DNA of 35,392 nt, taken from contig CAYHAT010000002.1 in NCBI GenBank assembly GCA_964354675.1, positions 1-35,392 of the forward strand, written 5' to 3'. The notes under the pieces are model-generated. The model did not search any database, had not been told where the DNA came from, and worked only from the letters and a program-made list of their open reading frames with translations. The stretch's first letter is position 1. The number at the start of each line of letters is the position of its first letter. Of this stretch, positions 1-8,864 are shown in pieces. This DNA is from an uncultured Actinomycetota bacterium (GTDB lineage Bacteria; Actinomycetota; Geothermincolia; Geothermincolales; RBG-13-55-18). A program made the translations under genes and the position numbers.

Positions 1-2743
1 CGACCGGCAGGCAGCGATCGCAGATCTCGGGGTGGACGGCATCCTGCCCCACCGATGTGCGGTAGTTCCAGCAACGCGAGCACTTCTCTCCGAGGGCTCG
101 GCCCACCACCACCCGTACCTCCCCTTCCTTCTCCAGCGTCGCTATCTCTACCTGCGAGACGATGAACAACGAGGGCAGAAAGTCCTTCCTGGCGACAAGG
201 ACTCCCGCCACAGAAGGGGGCACCACGAGCTGTATTGCTGCTTCCAGTGAGGTACCGAGTTCCTTGGCGGAACGTTTTTCCTCCAGGGCCTTGGTAACCA
301 CGTCGCGCACGCCCAGGAGCTTCTCGTATGCCTCTTCGAGGGCCGGGTCTTTCCACCCGTCCTCCGCGAGCGGCCAGCCCTGGAGTTGCACGCTATCTCC
401 CCCCTCGCCGACCATGAGGTGCCAGGCCTCCTCCGATGTGTGGCATAGCACTGGCGCCATGAGGCGGATGATGGTATGCAGGAGATGGTAGACGGCTGTC
501 TGAGCCGACCTCCTGTGTGCTGAAGCGGGCGCGAACGTGTACAGGCAATCCTTGCGGATATCCAGGTAGAGTGAGCTCAGGTCAACGGCGCAGAAGTTAT
601 GCAATGCATGGTAGACCACGTGCAGTTGGTAATCTTCGAGGGCCAGTGTGCACCGTTCCACCAGCCCCTGCAGCCGCGACATGATCCAGCGGTCCAGCTC
701 CTCCATGCGCTCGGGCTCAACCGCGTCCTGCACCGGGTCGAAATCAAAGAGGTTTCCAAGCAGAAAGCGTAGAGTGTTGCGAATGCGGCGGTACGCCTCC
801 ACAAGGCGGTCGAAGATCTCCTGGGAGGCCGGTATATCCACGGTATAGTCGGCGGCCGCCACCCAGAGGCGCAGGATGTCGGCCCCCAGTTTATCGCATA
901 TCTCCATGGGATTTATGACGTTGCCCTGGAGTTTGCTCATCTTCCTCCCCTCGCCGTCCACCACGAACCCGTGGGTGAGGACGGAGCGATAGGGGGGTGT
1001 TCCCCTGGATCCTATCGCGGTGAGCATGGAGGTCTGAAACCAGCCACGGTGCTGGTCGCTCCCCTCCAGGTACATATCGCAAGGCCATGACAGTCCCTCC
1101 CACTGGTTCAAGACCACCTCGTGGCTGATGCCGGATTCAAACCATACGTCCAGGATATCCATCTCCTTGCGAAGATCCCGGCAACCGCACTTCTCGCATG
1201 CGAAACCATCCCCCAGTATCTCCCCCGCCTGCTTGAGGAACCAGGCGTCGGAGCCCTCGGCCGCGATCAACTCTTCCGCTTTCAGCATGGACTCCGCATT
1301 CATGAAGACCTCGCCACAATCCGCACAATGGAAGGCCGGTATAGGTACGCCCCATGCCCTCTGGCGCGAGATGCACCAGTCTGGGCGCAGCTCCAGCATC
1401 CCCCTCATGCGGCGGCTGTTCCATCCCGGTATCCATTGCACCTTCTCGACGGCTGCCAGGCTCTTGTCCCGTAACGACGCGCCATCATAGGGACGGTCCA
1501 CACCCACGAACCACTGGGGGGTGGCCCTGAAGATGACCGGGCCTTTGCAGCGCCAACAATGGGGATATGAGTGGGGGGAATCCCCTACTCCGAGGAGCAG
1601 TCCCTTGCTTTTCAAGTCCTTGATGATCTTCGGATTGGCGTCATCGACGAAGAGGCCCTCGTACTCCGGCGCTTCGGATGTAAAGCACCCGAAGTCATCC
1701 ACTGGCATGGGCATGGGCAAGTCGTATTCCAGTCCCACCTGGTGGTCCTCCTGGCCGTGGCCGGGTGCGATATGCACGGCTCCGGTCCCCTGTTCGGTGG
1801 TAACGTACTCCGAAGTCACTATGACCGAGGGTCGGTCGCGCCAGGGGTGACTGGTCTTGAAGCCCTGGAGCTGGCCGCCTTGCAGCTTTGCCTTTACCGC
1901 GTATTCCCCGATACCCATTCCCTCGACGGCCTTCTCGAGAAGGGGCTCCCCCACTATGAGGTTCTCGCCGTCCGCCTGCAGGAGCACGTATTCCATGCCG
2001 GGGTGAAGGGCTATGGCCACGTTGGCGGGCAGGGTCCAGGGAGTGGTGGTCCAGATGACCATCGCCGCCTTCTCCTTCGTCCCCGGCACCGGCTCCAACA
2101 GGGGGAACTTGACGTATATGGACGGTGATATCTTGTCCTTGTACTCCAGCTCCGCCTCGGCCAGGGCGGTGACACAGCGCGGGCACCAGTGGATGGGCTT
2201 GCGGCTGCGGAAGATCAAGCCCTGCTCCAGGAGTTGCGAGAGGACCTTTATGTTCACCGCCTCGTAGGCGGGTCTGAGAGTGAGATAAGGATCCTCAAAA
2301 TCTCCCTGCACCCCCAAACGCTGGAACTGCTCGGATTGGCGATCGACGTAATGCAGCGCGTACTCGCGGCAGCGGCTGCGTACCTCCATGACATCCAGCT
2401 TGCTCTTCTCCTCCCCCAGGAGTTTCTCCACGTTGTATTCGATGGGCTGGCCGTGGCAATCCCATCCCGGCACGTAAGGACAGAAATGGCCCCGCATGGT
2501 CTTGTACTTGATGATGATGTCCTTGAGGACCTTGTTCAGAGCCGTGCCCAGGTGGAGATCCCCGTTGGCGTAGGGAGGCCCGTCGTGGAGGATGAACGGC
2601 GGCTTGTCCTTGGTCGCCTCCAGCACACGCCGGTAGATGTCCGTCTTTTTCCATATCCGCTGCATCTCCGGCTCCCGCTCGGGCAGGTTCGCCTTCATGG
2701 GAAAGTCGGTCCGCGGCAGGTTCAGGGTCTTGCGGTAATCCAT
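1..2743 (-). CDS. ileS: Isoleucyl-tRNA synthetase, C-terminal end cut by the window edge
   Basis: Absent from the ORF track because the frame stays open to position 1. Manual reverse-complement translation from ATG (2743-2741) gives MDYRKTLNLPRTDFPMKANLPEREPEMQRIW. It also shows PPYANGDLHLGTALNK (HIGH-type motif), GRKMSKLQGN (KMSKS) and a terminal Zn knuckle GEKCSRCWNY...CDRCLPV at positions ~100-2. A GGAG SD lies about 9 nt upstream. Confidence 0.95.
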   Translation of the reverse strand, partial: MDYRKTLNLPRTDFPMKANLPEREPEMQRIWKKTDIYRRVLEATKDKPPFILHDGPPYANGDLHLGTALNKVLKDIIIKYKTMRGHFCPYVPGWDCHGQPIEYNVEKLLGEEKSKLDVMEVRSRCREYALHYVDRQSEQFQRLGVQGDFEDPYLTLRPAYEAVNIKVLSQLLEQGLIFRSRKPIHWCPRCVTALAEAELEYKDKISPSIYVKFPLLEPVPGTKEKAAMVIWTTTPWTLPANVAIALHPGMEYVLLQADGENLIVGEPLLEKAVEGMGIGEYAVKAKLQGGQLQGFKTSHPWRDRPSVIVTSEYVTTEQGTGAVHIAPGHGQEDHQVGLEYDLPMPMPVDDFGCFTSEAPEYEGLFVDDANPKIIKDLKSKGLLLGVGDSPHSYPHCWRCKGPVIFRATPQWFVGVDRPYDGASLRDKSLAAVEKVQWIPGWNSRRMRGMLELRPDWCISRQRAWGVPIPAFHCADCGEVFMNAESMLKAEELIAAEGSDAWFLKQAGEILGDGFACEKCGCRDLRKEMDILDVWFESGISHEVVLNQWEGLSWPCDMYLEGSDQHRGWFQTSMLTAIGSRGTPPYRSVLTHGFVVDGEGRKMSKLQGNVINPMEICDKLGADILRLWVAAADYTVDIPASQEIFDRLVEAYRRIRNTLRFLLGNLFDFDPVQDAVEPERMEELDRWIMSRLQGLVERCTLALEDYQLHVVYHALHNFCAVDLSSLYLDIRKDCLYTFAPASAHRRSAQTAVYHLLHTIIRLMAPVLCHTSEEAWHLMVGEGGDSVQLQGWPLAEDGWKDPALEEAYEKLLGVRDVVTKALEEKRSAKELGTSLEAAIQLVVPPSVAGVLVARKDFLPSLFIVSQVEIATLEKEGEVRVVVGRALGEKCSRCWNYRTSVGQDAVHPEICDRCLPV

Positions 2744-2883
2744 CTTCTCACAACTCCGTAATAACTTGGGATTTTGCTCCATTATTAGCACGCGCCATCT
2801 GCGAGTGTCAACGAAATCGCTTTTCAGGGGGCATGCAGCACTGCTTTAATGGTCTAAAGCTTTATATTTTCCGGGAGTCGGCG

Positions 2884-3186
2884 ATGATGGGTTCTTGCGA
2901 GCACGCGATAAAGGAACACGCCGAGGGTTCCACTATCGAGGTAAAGGTGCACACTTCTTCCTCGCGACGAGGCGTGGAGGGTGTATCCGGAGGCCGCGTC
3001 ACCCTCTCCGTGCACTCCCCGCCCGAGAAGGGCAAAGCCAACAGGGAAGCCCTGCAGGTCCTGTCCGAGGCGCTCGGCATCCCCCCATCACGCCTGGAGG
3101 TGTTAAGGGGCCTCAGCTCCAGGAACAAAACAGTGCTAGCACACGACCTTTCCCCCTCCGAAGCCCGCAACCTATTGCAGAAGTGA
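2884..3186 (+). CDS. yggU: DUF167 / YggU-family protein (UPF0235)
   Basis: Track ORF 2833..3186. The core IEVKVHTSSSRRGVEG...VTLSVHSPPEKGKANREALQVLSEALGIPPSRLEVLRGLSSRNKTV matches the YggU pattern (APPxxGKAN...G..SR.K). I trimmed the start to ATG 2884, which has a GGGAG SD 6 nt upstream and gives the typical ~100 aa. Confidence 0.8.
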   Translation: MMGSCEHAIKEHAEGSTIEVKVHTSSSRRGVEGVSGGRVTLSVHSPPEKGKANREALQVLSEALGIPPSRLEVLRGLSSRNKTVLAHDLSPSEARNLLQK

Positions 3187-3272
3187 TGATGTTGTACTAG
3201 TTAATAAGTTATTAGTTGCTTTTTAACTATTATATCCGTCGGGCATTGATCTCTGCTTCGCGAAGGGCACAA

Positions 3273-3309
3273 AGCAAGCATCTTCATCCTATGCTCGCTT
3301 TATTTTTGT
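3273..3309 (+). terminator. Candidate Rho-independent terminator downstream of yggU
   Basis: Hairpin agcaagcat / atgctcgct (8 of 9 pairs, 9-nt loop) followed by ttatttttgt. The stem is weak and AT-rich. Confidence 0.35.
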
Positions 3310-3655
3310 ATAGCAAGTTGGGGCTAACCTTAAGAATCGAGACAACCAGCCTGTGAAACTACCGGGTCGGTCGCAGTAAAACAACTGAAAGAAAACACCG
3401 AGACGGAAATAAACGTGCGGATGTATGCATGCCAGGCCTGGATTAAACCTTTTGCTTGCAGCCCGAAACTCTCACGGTCTTTCATTGTTTTGTCCAGGCG
3501 ACTGGCACCTTCGCGCCGCAGACGGCGGTGTCTCGTACGCGATGCAAACTATGGTAACGTAGCCATATTGTTGTCACAGCAGGGGCTCGGGGCGCGGAGT
3601 GAGCCCGTTACCCAAAGGCCCCGGGCCGGAAGAACACCATGGAGGAAAGGAACTT

Positions 3656-3686
3656 AAAAGGGGAGGGGCGGATCCCCTCCCCTTTT
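3656..3686. terminator. Strong bidirectional Rho-independent terminator (ends divIVA)
   Basis: aaaaGGGGAGGGGcggatCCCCTCCCCtttt: a perfect 9-bp GC stem extendable to 13 bp by the A/T flanks, with a 5-nt loop. It lies 10 nt past the divIVA stop. A U-tract is available on both strands. Confidence 0.8.
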
Positions 3687-3696
3687 AGGCTACCTT

Positions 3697-4662
3697 TTAT
3701 TCCCAGAAGAAGTGCTTCTCGCCTTCCTCCGCCTCTGGTTCGACGGCAGGCTCAACGGCAGGCTCTGAAACGGGCTCAGGAGCAGTCTCCATGGATGGTC
3801 TTGGAGCGGGTTCCTCCTGTGCCAGCGATTCCCGCATCATCTCCATCTCCTGTTCGGGGGTGTAAGTGGTTGGTGGTGGTGGTGGTGCGGTTGGTTCCTC
3901 GACCACCGTCGGCCGCTCCATCCTCTCGAACTGCGCTACCATGGGCCCCTGAACCGGCTCAGTCACCGGTTGCTCCATAGGTATATCCACGCGCCGTTCC
4001 GGAGGCGGAGCGGCAGGAGCAGCTTGTTCTGCCCGCATGAAGGTCTCCGCCGGCTCGCGCGGTGGGAACGACGGTTCGGGCACGCTGGGAGCTTCTTCCT
4101 CGAAAACGGCCCGCTGCTGGGACGCTGGGGCCGGCGCGGGAGTGAGCGCCGGCTCCGGCGTGAGCGGCGCTGCCGTGGGCATGGGCTGTTCCTTCAACTC
4201 GGCGGCGGTTAGGCGTGCTTCGTAATCCTTGATCATCGCCTGGTTGTTGTCCAGGAGCTCGCGGATAGTCGATATGTACCTGAAGACCTGGTCGCGTATG
4301 CCGGCAAAAGTTTGGGATATACGGGATCTCTCCGCCTGCGCCTCATCGAGGATGCGCGCGCTCTGCTCCTGGGCCTCTTTCATCTGGGCCTCGGCCTGAG
4401 CCTGCGCTTCCTGCACGATATTGTCGGCGCTCTTCTGGGCGTTTATGAGGGCGTTCTGGAGGGTCTGCTGCATGGAGTCGAACTGGCTGGCCTTCTGCCG
4501 CATGGACTCGACCAGTTCCGCCTGTTCCTGGCTGCGATGGAGCAGCCTGTCCAATTCATCCGCTACCATATCCAGGAAGGAGTCGACCTCCTCCTTGTTG
4601 TAGCCTCCCATACGAACCGTGCCGAATTCTTTGTGATGGATGTCCATGGGGCTTATAGCCAA
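3697..4662 (-). CDS. divIVA: DivIVA-domain cell-division/polar-growth protein with a long Pro/Glu/Ala-rich C-terminal tail
   Basis: The N-terminus (M)AISPMDIHHKEFGTVRMGGYNKEEVDSFLDMVADELDRL matches the DivIVA signature (MPLTPxDIxxKxF...GYxxxEVDxFLD), followed by a coiled-coil segment. TTG start with an AAGGAGG SD 9 nt upstream. Confidence 0.9.
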   Translation of the reverse strand: MAISPMDIHHKEFGTVRMGGYNKEEVDSFLDMVADELDRLLHRSQEQAELVESMRQKASQFDSMQQTLQNALINAQKSADNIVQEAQAQAEAQMKEAQEQSARILDEAQAERSRISQTFAGIRDQVFRYISTIRELLDNNQAMIKDYEARLTAAELKEQPMPTAAPLTPEPALTPAPAPASQQRAVFEEEAPSVPEPSFPPREPAETFMRAEQAAPAAPPPERRVDIPMEQPVTEPVQGPMVAQFERMERPTVVEEPTAPPPPPTTYTPEQEMEMMRESLAQEEPAPRPSMETAPEPVSEPAVEPAVEPEAEEGEKHFFWE

Positions 4663-4774
4663 CTAAACCGCCTCCTTTGAGACACGCCACACCGCCTGCT
4701 GGGGCAGATCTTCCTTTACACATCAGTATAAGGTTTATCGGGGCTTTCCGCTAACAAGTTTACCTGGGTTTCCG

Positions 4775-5053
4775 TTAACCGAAAACCCTTCTTACCAGCC
4801 ATTGTAAAAAAAATATCAAAAAGACGAGCACGGTCGGCGATAGGTCCAACCCCGTCCCCTCACCCAGTGGTATTAGGGGCATTACCCTGCGCAGCGGCGA
4901 AAGCAGCGGTTCGGTTATATCGTAGATCAACACCACCAGGGGCCTGACGCTGCGAGGCCATTTTACGGGCAGCCATGCGATGATGATCCTCGCGAAAACA
5001 GCGACCAGATAGGCTAGCAATACCCACCACAGGATATCGCCGACTATCTCCAC
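4775..5053 (-). CDS. yggT: YggT/YlmG-family membrane protein
   Basis: 92 aa with two hydrophobic segments and the PLLSPLRRVMP motif typical of YggT. It sits between proC and divIVA as in ylm clusters. GTG start 1 nt after the proC stop. Confidence 0.85.
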   Translation of the reverse strand: MEIVGDILWWVLLAYLVAVFARIIIAWLPVKWPRSVRPLVVLIYDITEPLLSPLRRVMPLIPLGEGTGLDLSPTVLVFLIFFLQWLVRRVFG

Positions 5054-5054
5054 C

Positions 5055-5852
5055 TCAAACCTCCTTAGCCCTCCTCCAGGCGGCGGTCACCGCCTTGTAG
5101 AAGGCGTTGCGCAAGCCGGCCTCATCGAGGGCCTCCAGCGCCGCTATGGTGGAGCCACCAGGCGAAGTCACCATGTCCTTGAGATGGGCGGGGTGCTGGC
5201 CGGACTCCCGCAGCATCATCCCCGCCCCGATCATGGTCCCAGTGACCAGCTTCAGGGTCAGGGCCCGGTCGAGTCCGAGTCTCACACCCGCGTCGCACAG
5301 GGCTTCCGCCAGTACGTAGAAGTAGGCGGGACCGCATCCGGAGATAGCCATCGCCTCGTCCTGCAGTTTCTCGTCAAGCTCGTAAACGTCGCCCAGGCAT
5401 GAGAATATCTCGCGTGCTTTATCGCGCGCTGTATCGCCTGCGTTACGTCCATAGCTCAATACGGAGACCGCCGCCCCTACCATGGCGGGATTGTTGGGCA
5501 TTACCCTCACCACGGGTGATCCATCGGGAAGCAGTGATTCTATGAACTCCGTGCTCTTTCCCATGGCGATGGAGATAACCGTCTGGCTCTTGTTGATGAC
5601 GCTGGAGATCTCACACAGCACATCCTCGAGTTTCTGCGGCTTGACCGCCAGGAGGATGATCTCAGCATCACGGGCGGCATCGAGGTTCGAAGCGGCAGTA
5701 TTCGCCCCGTATGCAGCGGCCATCATCTCCAGGCGCGCCATGTCCACGTCCGAGAGGACGATCTCTTCCTTCTCCGCCCATCCTACCCGGAGCAGTTGTC
5801 TCAATATGGCTTCCGCCATCTTTCCCGCGCCCATAAAGGCGATCTTGCTCAT
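5055..5852 (-). CDS. proC: Pyrroline-5-carboxylate reductase
   Basis: MSKIAFMGAGKMAEAI Rossmann N-terminus. The C-terminal SPGGSTIAALEALDEAGLRNA matches the P5CR signature. Confidence 0.93.
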   Translation of the reverse strand: MSKIAFMGAGKMAEAILRQLLRVGWAEKEEIVLSDVDMARLEMMAAAYGANTAASNLDAARDAEIILLAVKPQKLEDVLCEISSVINKSQTVISIAMGKSTEFIESLLPDGSPVVRVMPNNPAMVGAAVSVLSYGRNAGDTARDKAREIFSCLGDVYELDEKLQDEAMAISGCGPAYFYVLAEALCDAGVRLGLDRALTLKLVTGTMIGAGMMLRESGQHPAHLKDMVTSPGGSTIAALEALDEAGLRNAFYKAVTAAWRRAKEV

Positions 5853-5890
5853 AAGGCCACCCCTGGAAAAAGTAATGTTTCGAGTATTTC

Positions 5891-6343
5891 CTAGAACTGG
5901 TTAAAGAAACCCTTTTCGCGCAGCCAGCGCTTGTCTTCGGCCGAGACCTCCACGTTGTGAGGAGAGAGCAGGAAGACCTTTTCCGCTACGCGCTGTATCC
6001 CCCCATCAAGGCCGTAAGTGAGGCCACTGGAGAAATCGATAAGCCTCTTGGCCAGTTCCGCGTCGGCTTGCTGCAGGTTGATGATTACCGGGATGTCCGA
6101 CTTGAACTTTTGGCCTATCTGTTCAGCATCGTTGAAGGACTTGGGCTCCACCATGTGCATACGCACCTGCTTGCTGGGAACCGCCTGGATGGGGGCTACC
6201 TTGGCCTCCTCGCGCTGCGCGCGCCGGGAGGGCGGCGGTTCCGCGCTATCGACGCGGCCCTCATCGTATTCCAGCATCTCCTCGAACTCGTCATCCTCCA
6301 CGAGCCCCAGGTATATCAGGGCTCTTCGAAAAAACCCAGCCAT
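5891..6343 (-). CDS. sepF: Cell division protein SepF
   Basis: MAGFFRRALIYLGLVEDDE N-terminus and DUF552 core VEPKSFNDAEQIGQKFKSDIPVIINLQQADAELAKRLIDFSSGLTYGLDG. I trimmed the start to ATG 6343 (GGGAGG SD 7 nt upstream); the track start at 6358 is a TTG. Confidence 0.9.
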   Translation of the reverse strand: MAGFFRRALIYLGLVEDDEFEEMLEYDEGRVDSAEPPPSRRAQREEAKVAPIQAVPSKQVRMHMVEPKSFNDAEQIGQKFKSDIPVIINLQQADAELAKRLIDFSSGLTYGLDGGIQRVAEKVFLLSPHNVEVSAEDKRWLREKGFFNQF

Positions 6344-6363
6344 GCCGATACCTCCCAACCGTC

Positions 6364-7062
6364 CTAGGCGGCGAATATGGCCGTCCCTATGCGCACCATA
6401 TTTGCTCCCTCTTCCAACGCCACCTCGAAATCCTGTGTCATGCCCATACTCAGGATCCCCAGGTCCAGCGGGGAAAAGTCCCGCGCCAGCGCGTCCCTGA
6501 GCTCTCGCAGGCGGCGAAAACAGGGCCGCGTCTTCTCCTCTGCTTCCAGGGGCGCTATGGTCATCAAACCGCGTACCCTCACGGCAGGCAAGGCCAGCGC
6601 CGCCTCCAGCATTCCCTCCATACCCTCCTCTTCCATGCCGTACTTGCTCTCCTCGCCTGAGACATTCACCTGCAGCAGGATATCCTGGACTATCTCCAGT
6701 TCTTCCGCCCGGGAAGCGACGGCTTCCAGGAGGCGGCGGCTGTCCACGGAGTGAACAAGGGCCGCCTTGCCTATCACCATATTAACCTTATTCCTCTGGA
6801 GATGGCCAATAAAATGCCATTCCAGGTCGACTGCAAGCCGATCGATCTTATCACGCAGCTCCTGTGCCCGGTTCTCGCCGAACACCCTCTGACCGGCCTG
6901 TGCTGCCTCTTGGATCATCTCCAGGGGTCTCCCTTTGCTCACCGCAACGAGCGTGACCTCCCGGGAATCCCTCCCGGCCCTGGTCGCCGCGTGCCCTATG
7001 CGCTCCCGTACCGACTCCAGGTTGCGTGCCACGTTTCCCAAGGCCTGTCTCTCCTGTTCCAA
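6364..7062 (-). CDS. yggS: YggS/YlmE-family pyridoxal-phosphate homeostasis protein
   Basis: VTLVAVSKGRP (PLP lysine), FGENRAQE, WHFIGHLQRNK and SMGMTQDFEVALEEGANMVRIGTAIF. The track ORF's N-terminal 44 aa overlap mgtC. I trimmed to TTG 7062, which has a GAGGA SD 5 nt upstream, lies 2 nt after the mgtC stop and gives 232 aa. Confidence 0.9.
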   Translation of the reverse strand: MEQERQALGNVARNLESVRERIGHAATRAGRDSREVTLVAVSKGRPLEMIQEAAQAGQRVFGENRAQELRDKIDRLAVDLEWHFIGHLQRNKVNMVIGKAALVHSVDSRRLLEAVASRAEELEIVQDILLQVNVSGEESKYGMEEEGMEGMLEAALALPAVRVRGLMTIAPLEAEEKTRPCFRRLRELRDALARDFSPLDLGILSMGMTQDFEVALEEGANMVRIGTAIFAA

Positions 7063-7064
7063 GG

Positions 7065-7724
7065 TTATTCCTCGAAGCTTACGGAGGTGACCCCGTAGAT
7101 CTGGTAAAGGGTATCCATGACCTCCATGAGGTTTATACGGGCGGATACACTGACCTGTAGAAGGATGGAGCATTCGTTCTCCTCGCCCTTGCATTCATGG
7201 AACCTGAGCAGTGTGGATCCGATGCCGTATTGGGCCAGGGTCGCCTCCACTTCCTCTGCCAATCCCGGCCGCTGGCCGCTCCGGATGGTGAAGTACAGTT
7301 TACGGCTCCGGAACCTGGCAATGACCCTATTCTCGATCCAGGGCAGGGCGATGAGCACGGCAAGGATTATACCCGTGCTGTAGAGAGAGGTGATGAAATA
7401 TCCCGCCCCGGCTGCCATGCCCACCGCGGCGGTGACCCACATGGTGGCGGCGGTGGTTATCCCCACCACATGCGTGCCACCGTAGACAACGATCACGCCG
7501 ACACCCAGGAAACCTATACCCACCACCACCTGCGCCGCAACCCTTGCCGGATCGGAGCCCGGAAAAGCTGAGAGAGATAACACCGTGAAGAGCGCTGCGC
7601 CCAGCGACACCATGGTATAGGTGCGGAATCCCGCCGGCCGGTCTCCCCGCTCACGCTCCATACCTATGAGGCCACCACAGGCTGCCGCCATGAGCAGCCT
7701 TAAGACGATGTCGCTCTCGTTCAT
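7065..7724 (-). CDS. mgtC: MgtC/SapB-family membrane protein
   Basis: LRLLMAAACGGLIGMERERGDRPAGFRTYTMVSLGAALF is the MgtC signature. It has multiple TM segments plus a C-terminal ACT-like soluble domain. Its start overlaps the acyP stop by 4 nt. Confidence 0.88.
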   Translation of the reverse strand: MNESDIVLRLLMAAACGGLIGMERERGDRPAGFRTYTMVSLGAALFTVLSLSAFPGSDPARVAAQVVVGIGFLGVGVIVVYGGTHVVGITTAATMWVTAAVGMAAGAGYFITSLYSTGIILAVLIALPWIENRVIARFRSRKLYFTIRSGQRPGLAEEVEATLAQYGIGSTLLRFHECKGEENECSILLQVSVSARINLMEVMDTLYQIYGVTSVSFEE

Positions 7725-8014
7725 CGCTCACCCCAGTATCCGTAGGTCACGGAGAAGTCGGTGAACTCCCCCGATGGCTCCTCCCATTCCACCTCCACCT
7801 CCACCACCCTGGAGGAAGGGGGTCCCCTCCAGCACCAATCCACCATCTCCCGCACCGCCTGCTCGTCTCCCTCTAAGACCGCTTCCACGCGGCCTCCTTT
7901 TATGTTGCGGACCCATCCCGTGATGCCGAGCACCCTCGCTTCGTCGCAGGCGTAGGAGCGGTAATATACTCCCTGGACCCTGCCGGAAACCGTGATGTGC
8001 GCCCTCGCCTTCAT
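7721..8014 (-). CDS. acyP: Acylphosphatase
   Basis: VSGRVQGVYYRSYACDEARVLGITGWVRNIKGGRVEAVLEGDEQAV matches the acylphosphatase signatures (V.G.VQGV.FR, G.V.N...G.V). I prefer the ATG at 8014. An alternative GTG at 8041 overlaps the pgeF stop. Confidence 0.85.
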   Translation of the reverse strand: MKARAHITVSGRVQGVYYRSYACDEARVLGITGWVRNIKGGRVEAVLEGDEQAVREMVDWCWRGPPSSRVVEVEVEWEEPSGEFTDFSVTYGYWGER

Positions 8015-8033
8015 CTCTCTCGAGTGGACTCCC

Positions 8034-8864
8034 CTATTCACGCAAGAAGATAAAAGCTCCCTGCCTGCCGGTTACACCATCCCTGCGGAAGGAGAAATAC
8101 CTGAGCTCACAGCACGTGCATCCACCTGCCCTGCTTATGTTCTCCTCTCTCACTCCCGCCTCGAGCAGGTTCAGGAGGTTGGCACGCAAGAGGTCGAGCC
8201 TGTGGCCTCCTTCCCCTGTCACCACTATGCTCTTTTCGCCATATCTTTCGACGAAAAGGCGTGCCCTGCCTTCATCCACTTCATAACAACACGCGCCGAT
8301 GGCCGGCCCCATTACCGCCTTTGCCTCTCCAGGATCGAGCCCGAGATCGTTTTTCAGCATTCCCAGCGCCGACCCCACGATGTTCCCGATCGTCCCCCTC
8401 CAGCCGGCATGCAACATGGCCACAGCCCCCGCGGAGGGTACCGCAATGGCGATGGGGACACAATCAGCTGTGAGAGCGGTGAGCACCATGCCGCGTTCGG
8501 TGGTGTAAACGCCGTCGGTGGCCGCAAATGCCACATTAAGATCTTGGCCGCTGCTGCCCCTATCCTGCAGGCCGGCCCTGGCCATTCGCAAGCCGTGTAC
8601 CTGTTCCATGTAGATGAACCGGCCCGCCGCGATGCGCAAGCCCGAGGCTGCGATTGCGCGGTTCGTGCGCACGTTATGCGGTTCGTCACCCGTGTGGTAG
8701 GCGAGGTTGAGGGTGTCGTAGGGAGGTGGGCTCACGCCCCCATGGCGGTCGGTGAAGATCAGCCCTATCCCCTCGCCCAGCAGGCTGCCCGCGTCTGTCC
8801 AGCTGGCACTCCGGCCCCGTCTGCTCCCGGGGTCGGCGCCGCCGGACCGTTCAATCGCTGTCAC
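8034..8864 (-). CDS. pgeF: YfiH/YlmD (DUF152, Cu-oxidase_4) family protein, peptidoglycan editing factor type
   Basis: FTDRHGGVSPPPYDTLNLAYHTGDEP, MEQVHG, ALTADCVPIAI, MLHAGWRGT and GPAIGACCYEV are conserved YfiH blocks. Confidence 0.88.
   Translation of the reverse strand: MTAIERSGGADPGSRRGRSASWTDAGSLLGEGIGLIFTDRHGGVSPPPYDTLNLAYHTGDEPHNVRTNRAIAASGLRIAAGRFIYMEQVHGLRMARAGLQDRGSSGQDLNVAFAATDGVYTTERGMVLTALTADCVPIAIAVPSAGAVAMLHAGWRGTIGNIVGSALGMLKNDLGLDPGEAKAVMGPAIGACCYEVDEGRARLFVERYGEKSIVVTGEGGHRLDLLRANLLNLLEAGVREENISRAGGCTCCELRYFSFRRDGVTGRQGAFIFLRE

Noticed and set aside
2744-2883. Possible T-box or other leader upstream of ileS.
   Set aside because: Only about 140 nt separate ileS from the divergent yggU start. 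I found no specifier or T-box (AGGGUGGNACCGCG-like) sequence and no terminator/antiterminator pair.
3415-3435. GTGCG at 3415, resembling the 5' consensus of group II introns.
   Set aside because: No domain V/VI-like sequence, no intron-encoded reverse transcriptase and far too little space. A 5-mer match is expected by chance.
6364-7194. Long N-terminal extensions in the track ORFs for yggS (to 7194), the HIT protein (to 14334), hemW (to 19763), mtaB (to 15581) and rpsT (from 21396).
   Set aside because: Each extension overlaps the upstream gene or a promoter region and adds non-homologous residues. In every case an internal start with a good SD, placed just after the neighbour's stop codon, gives a family-typical length.
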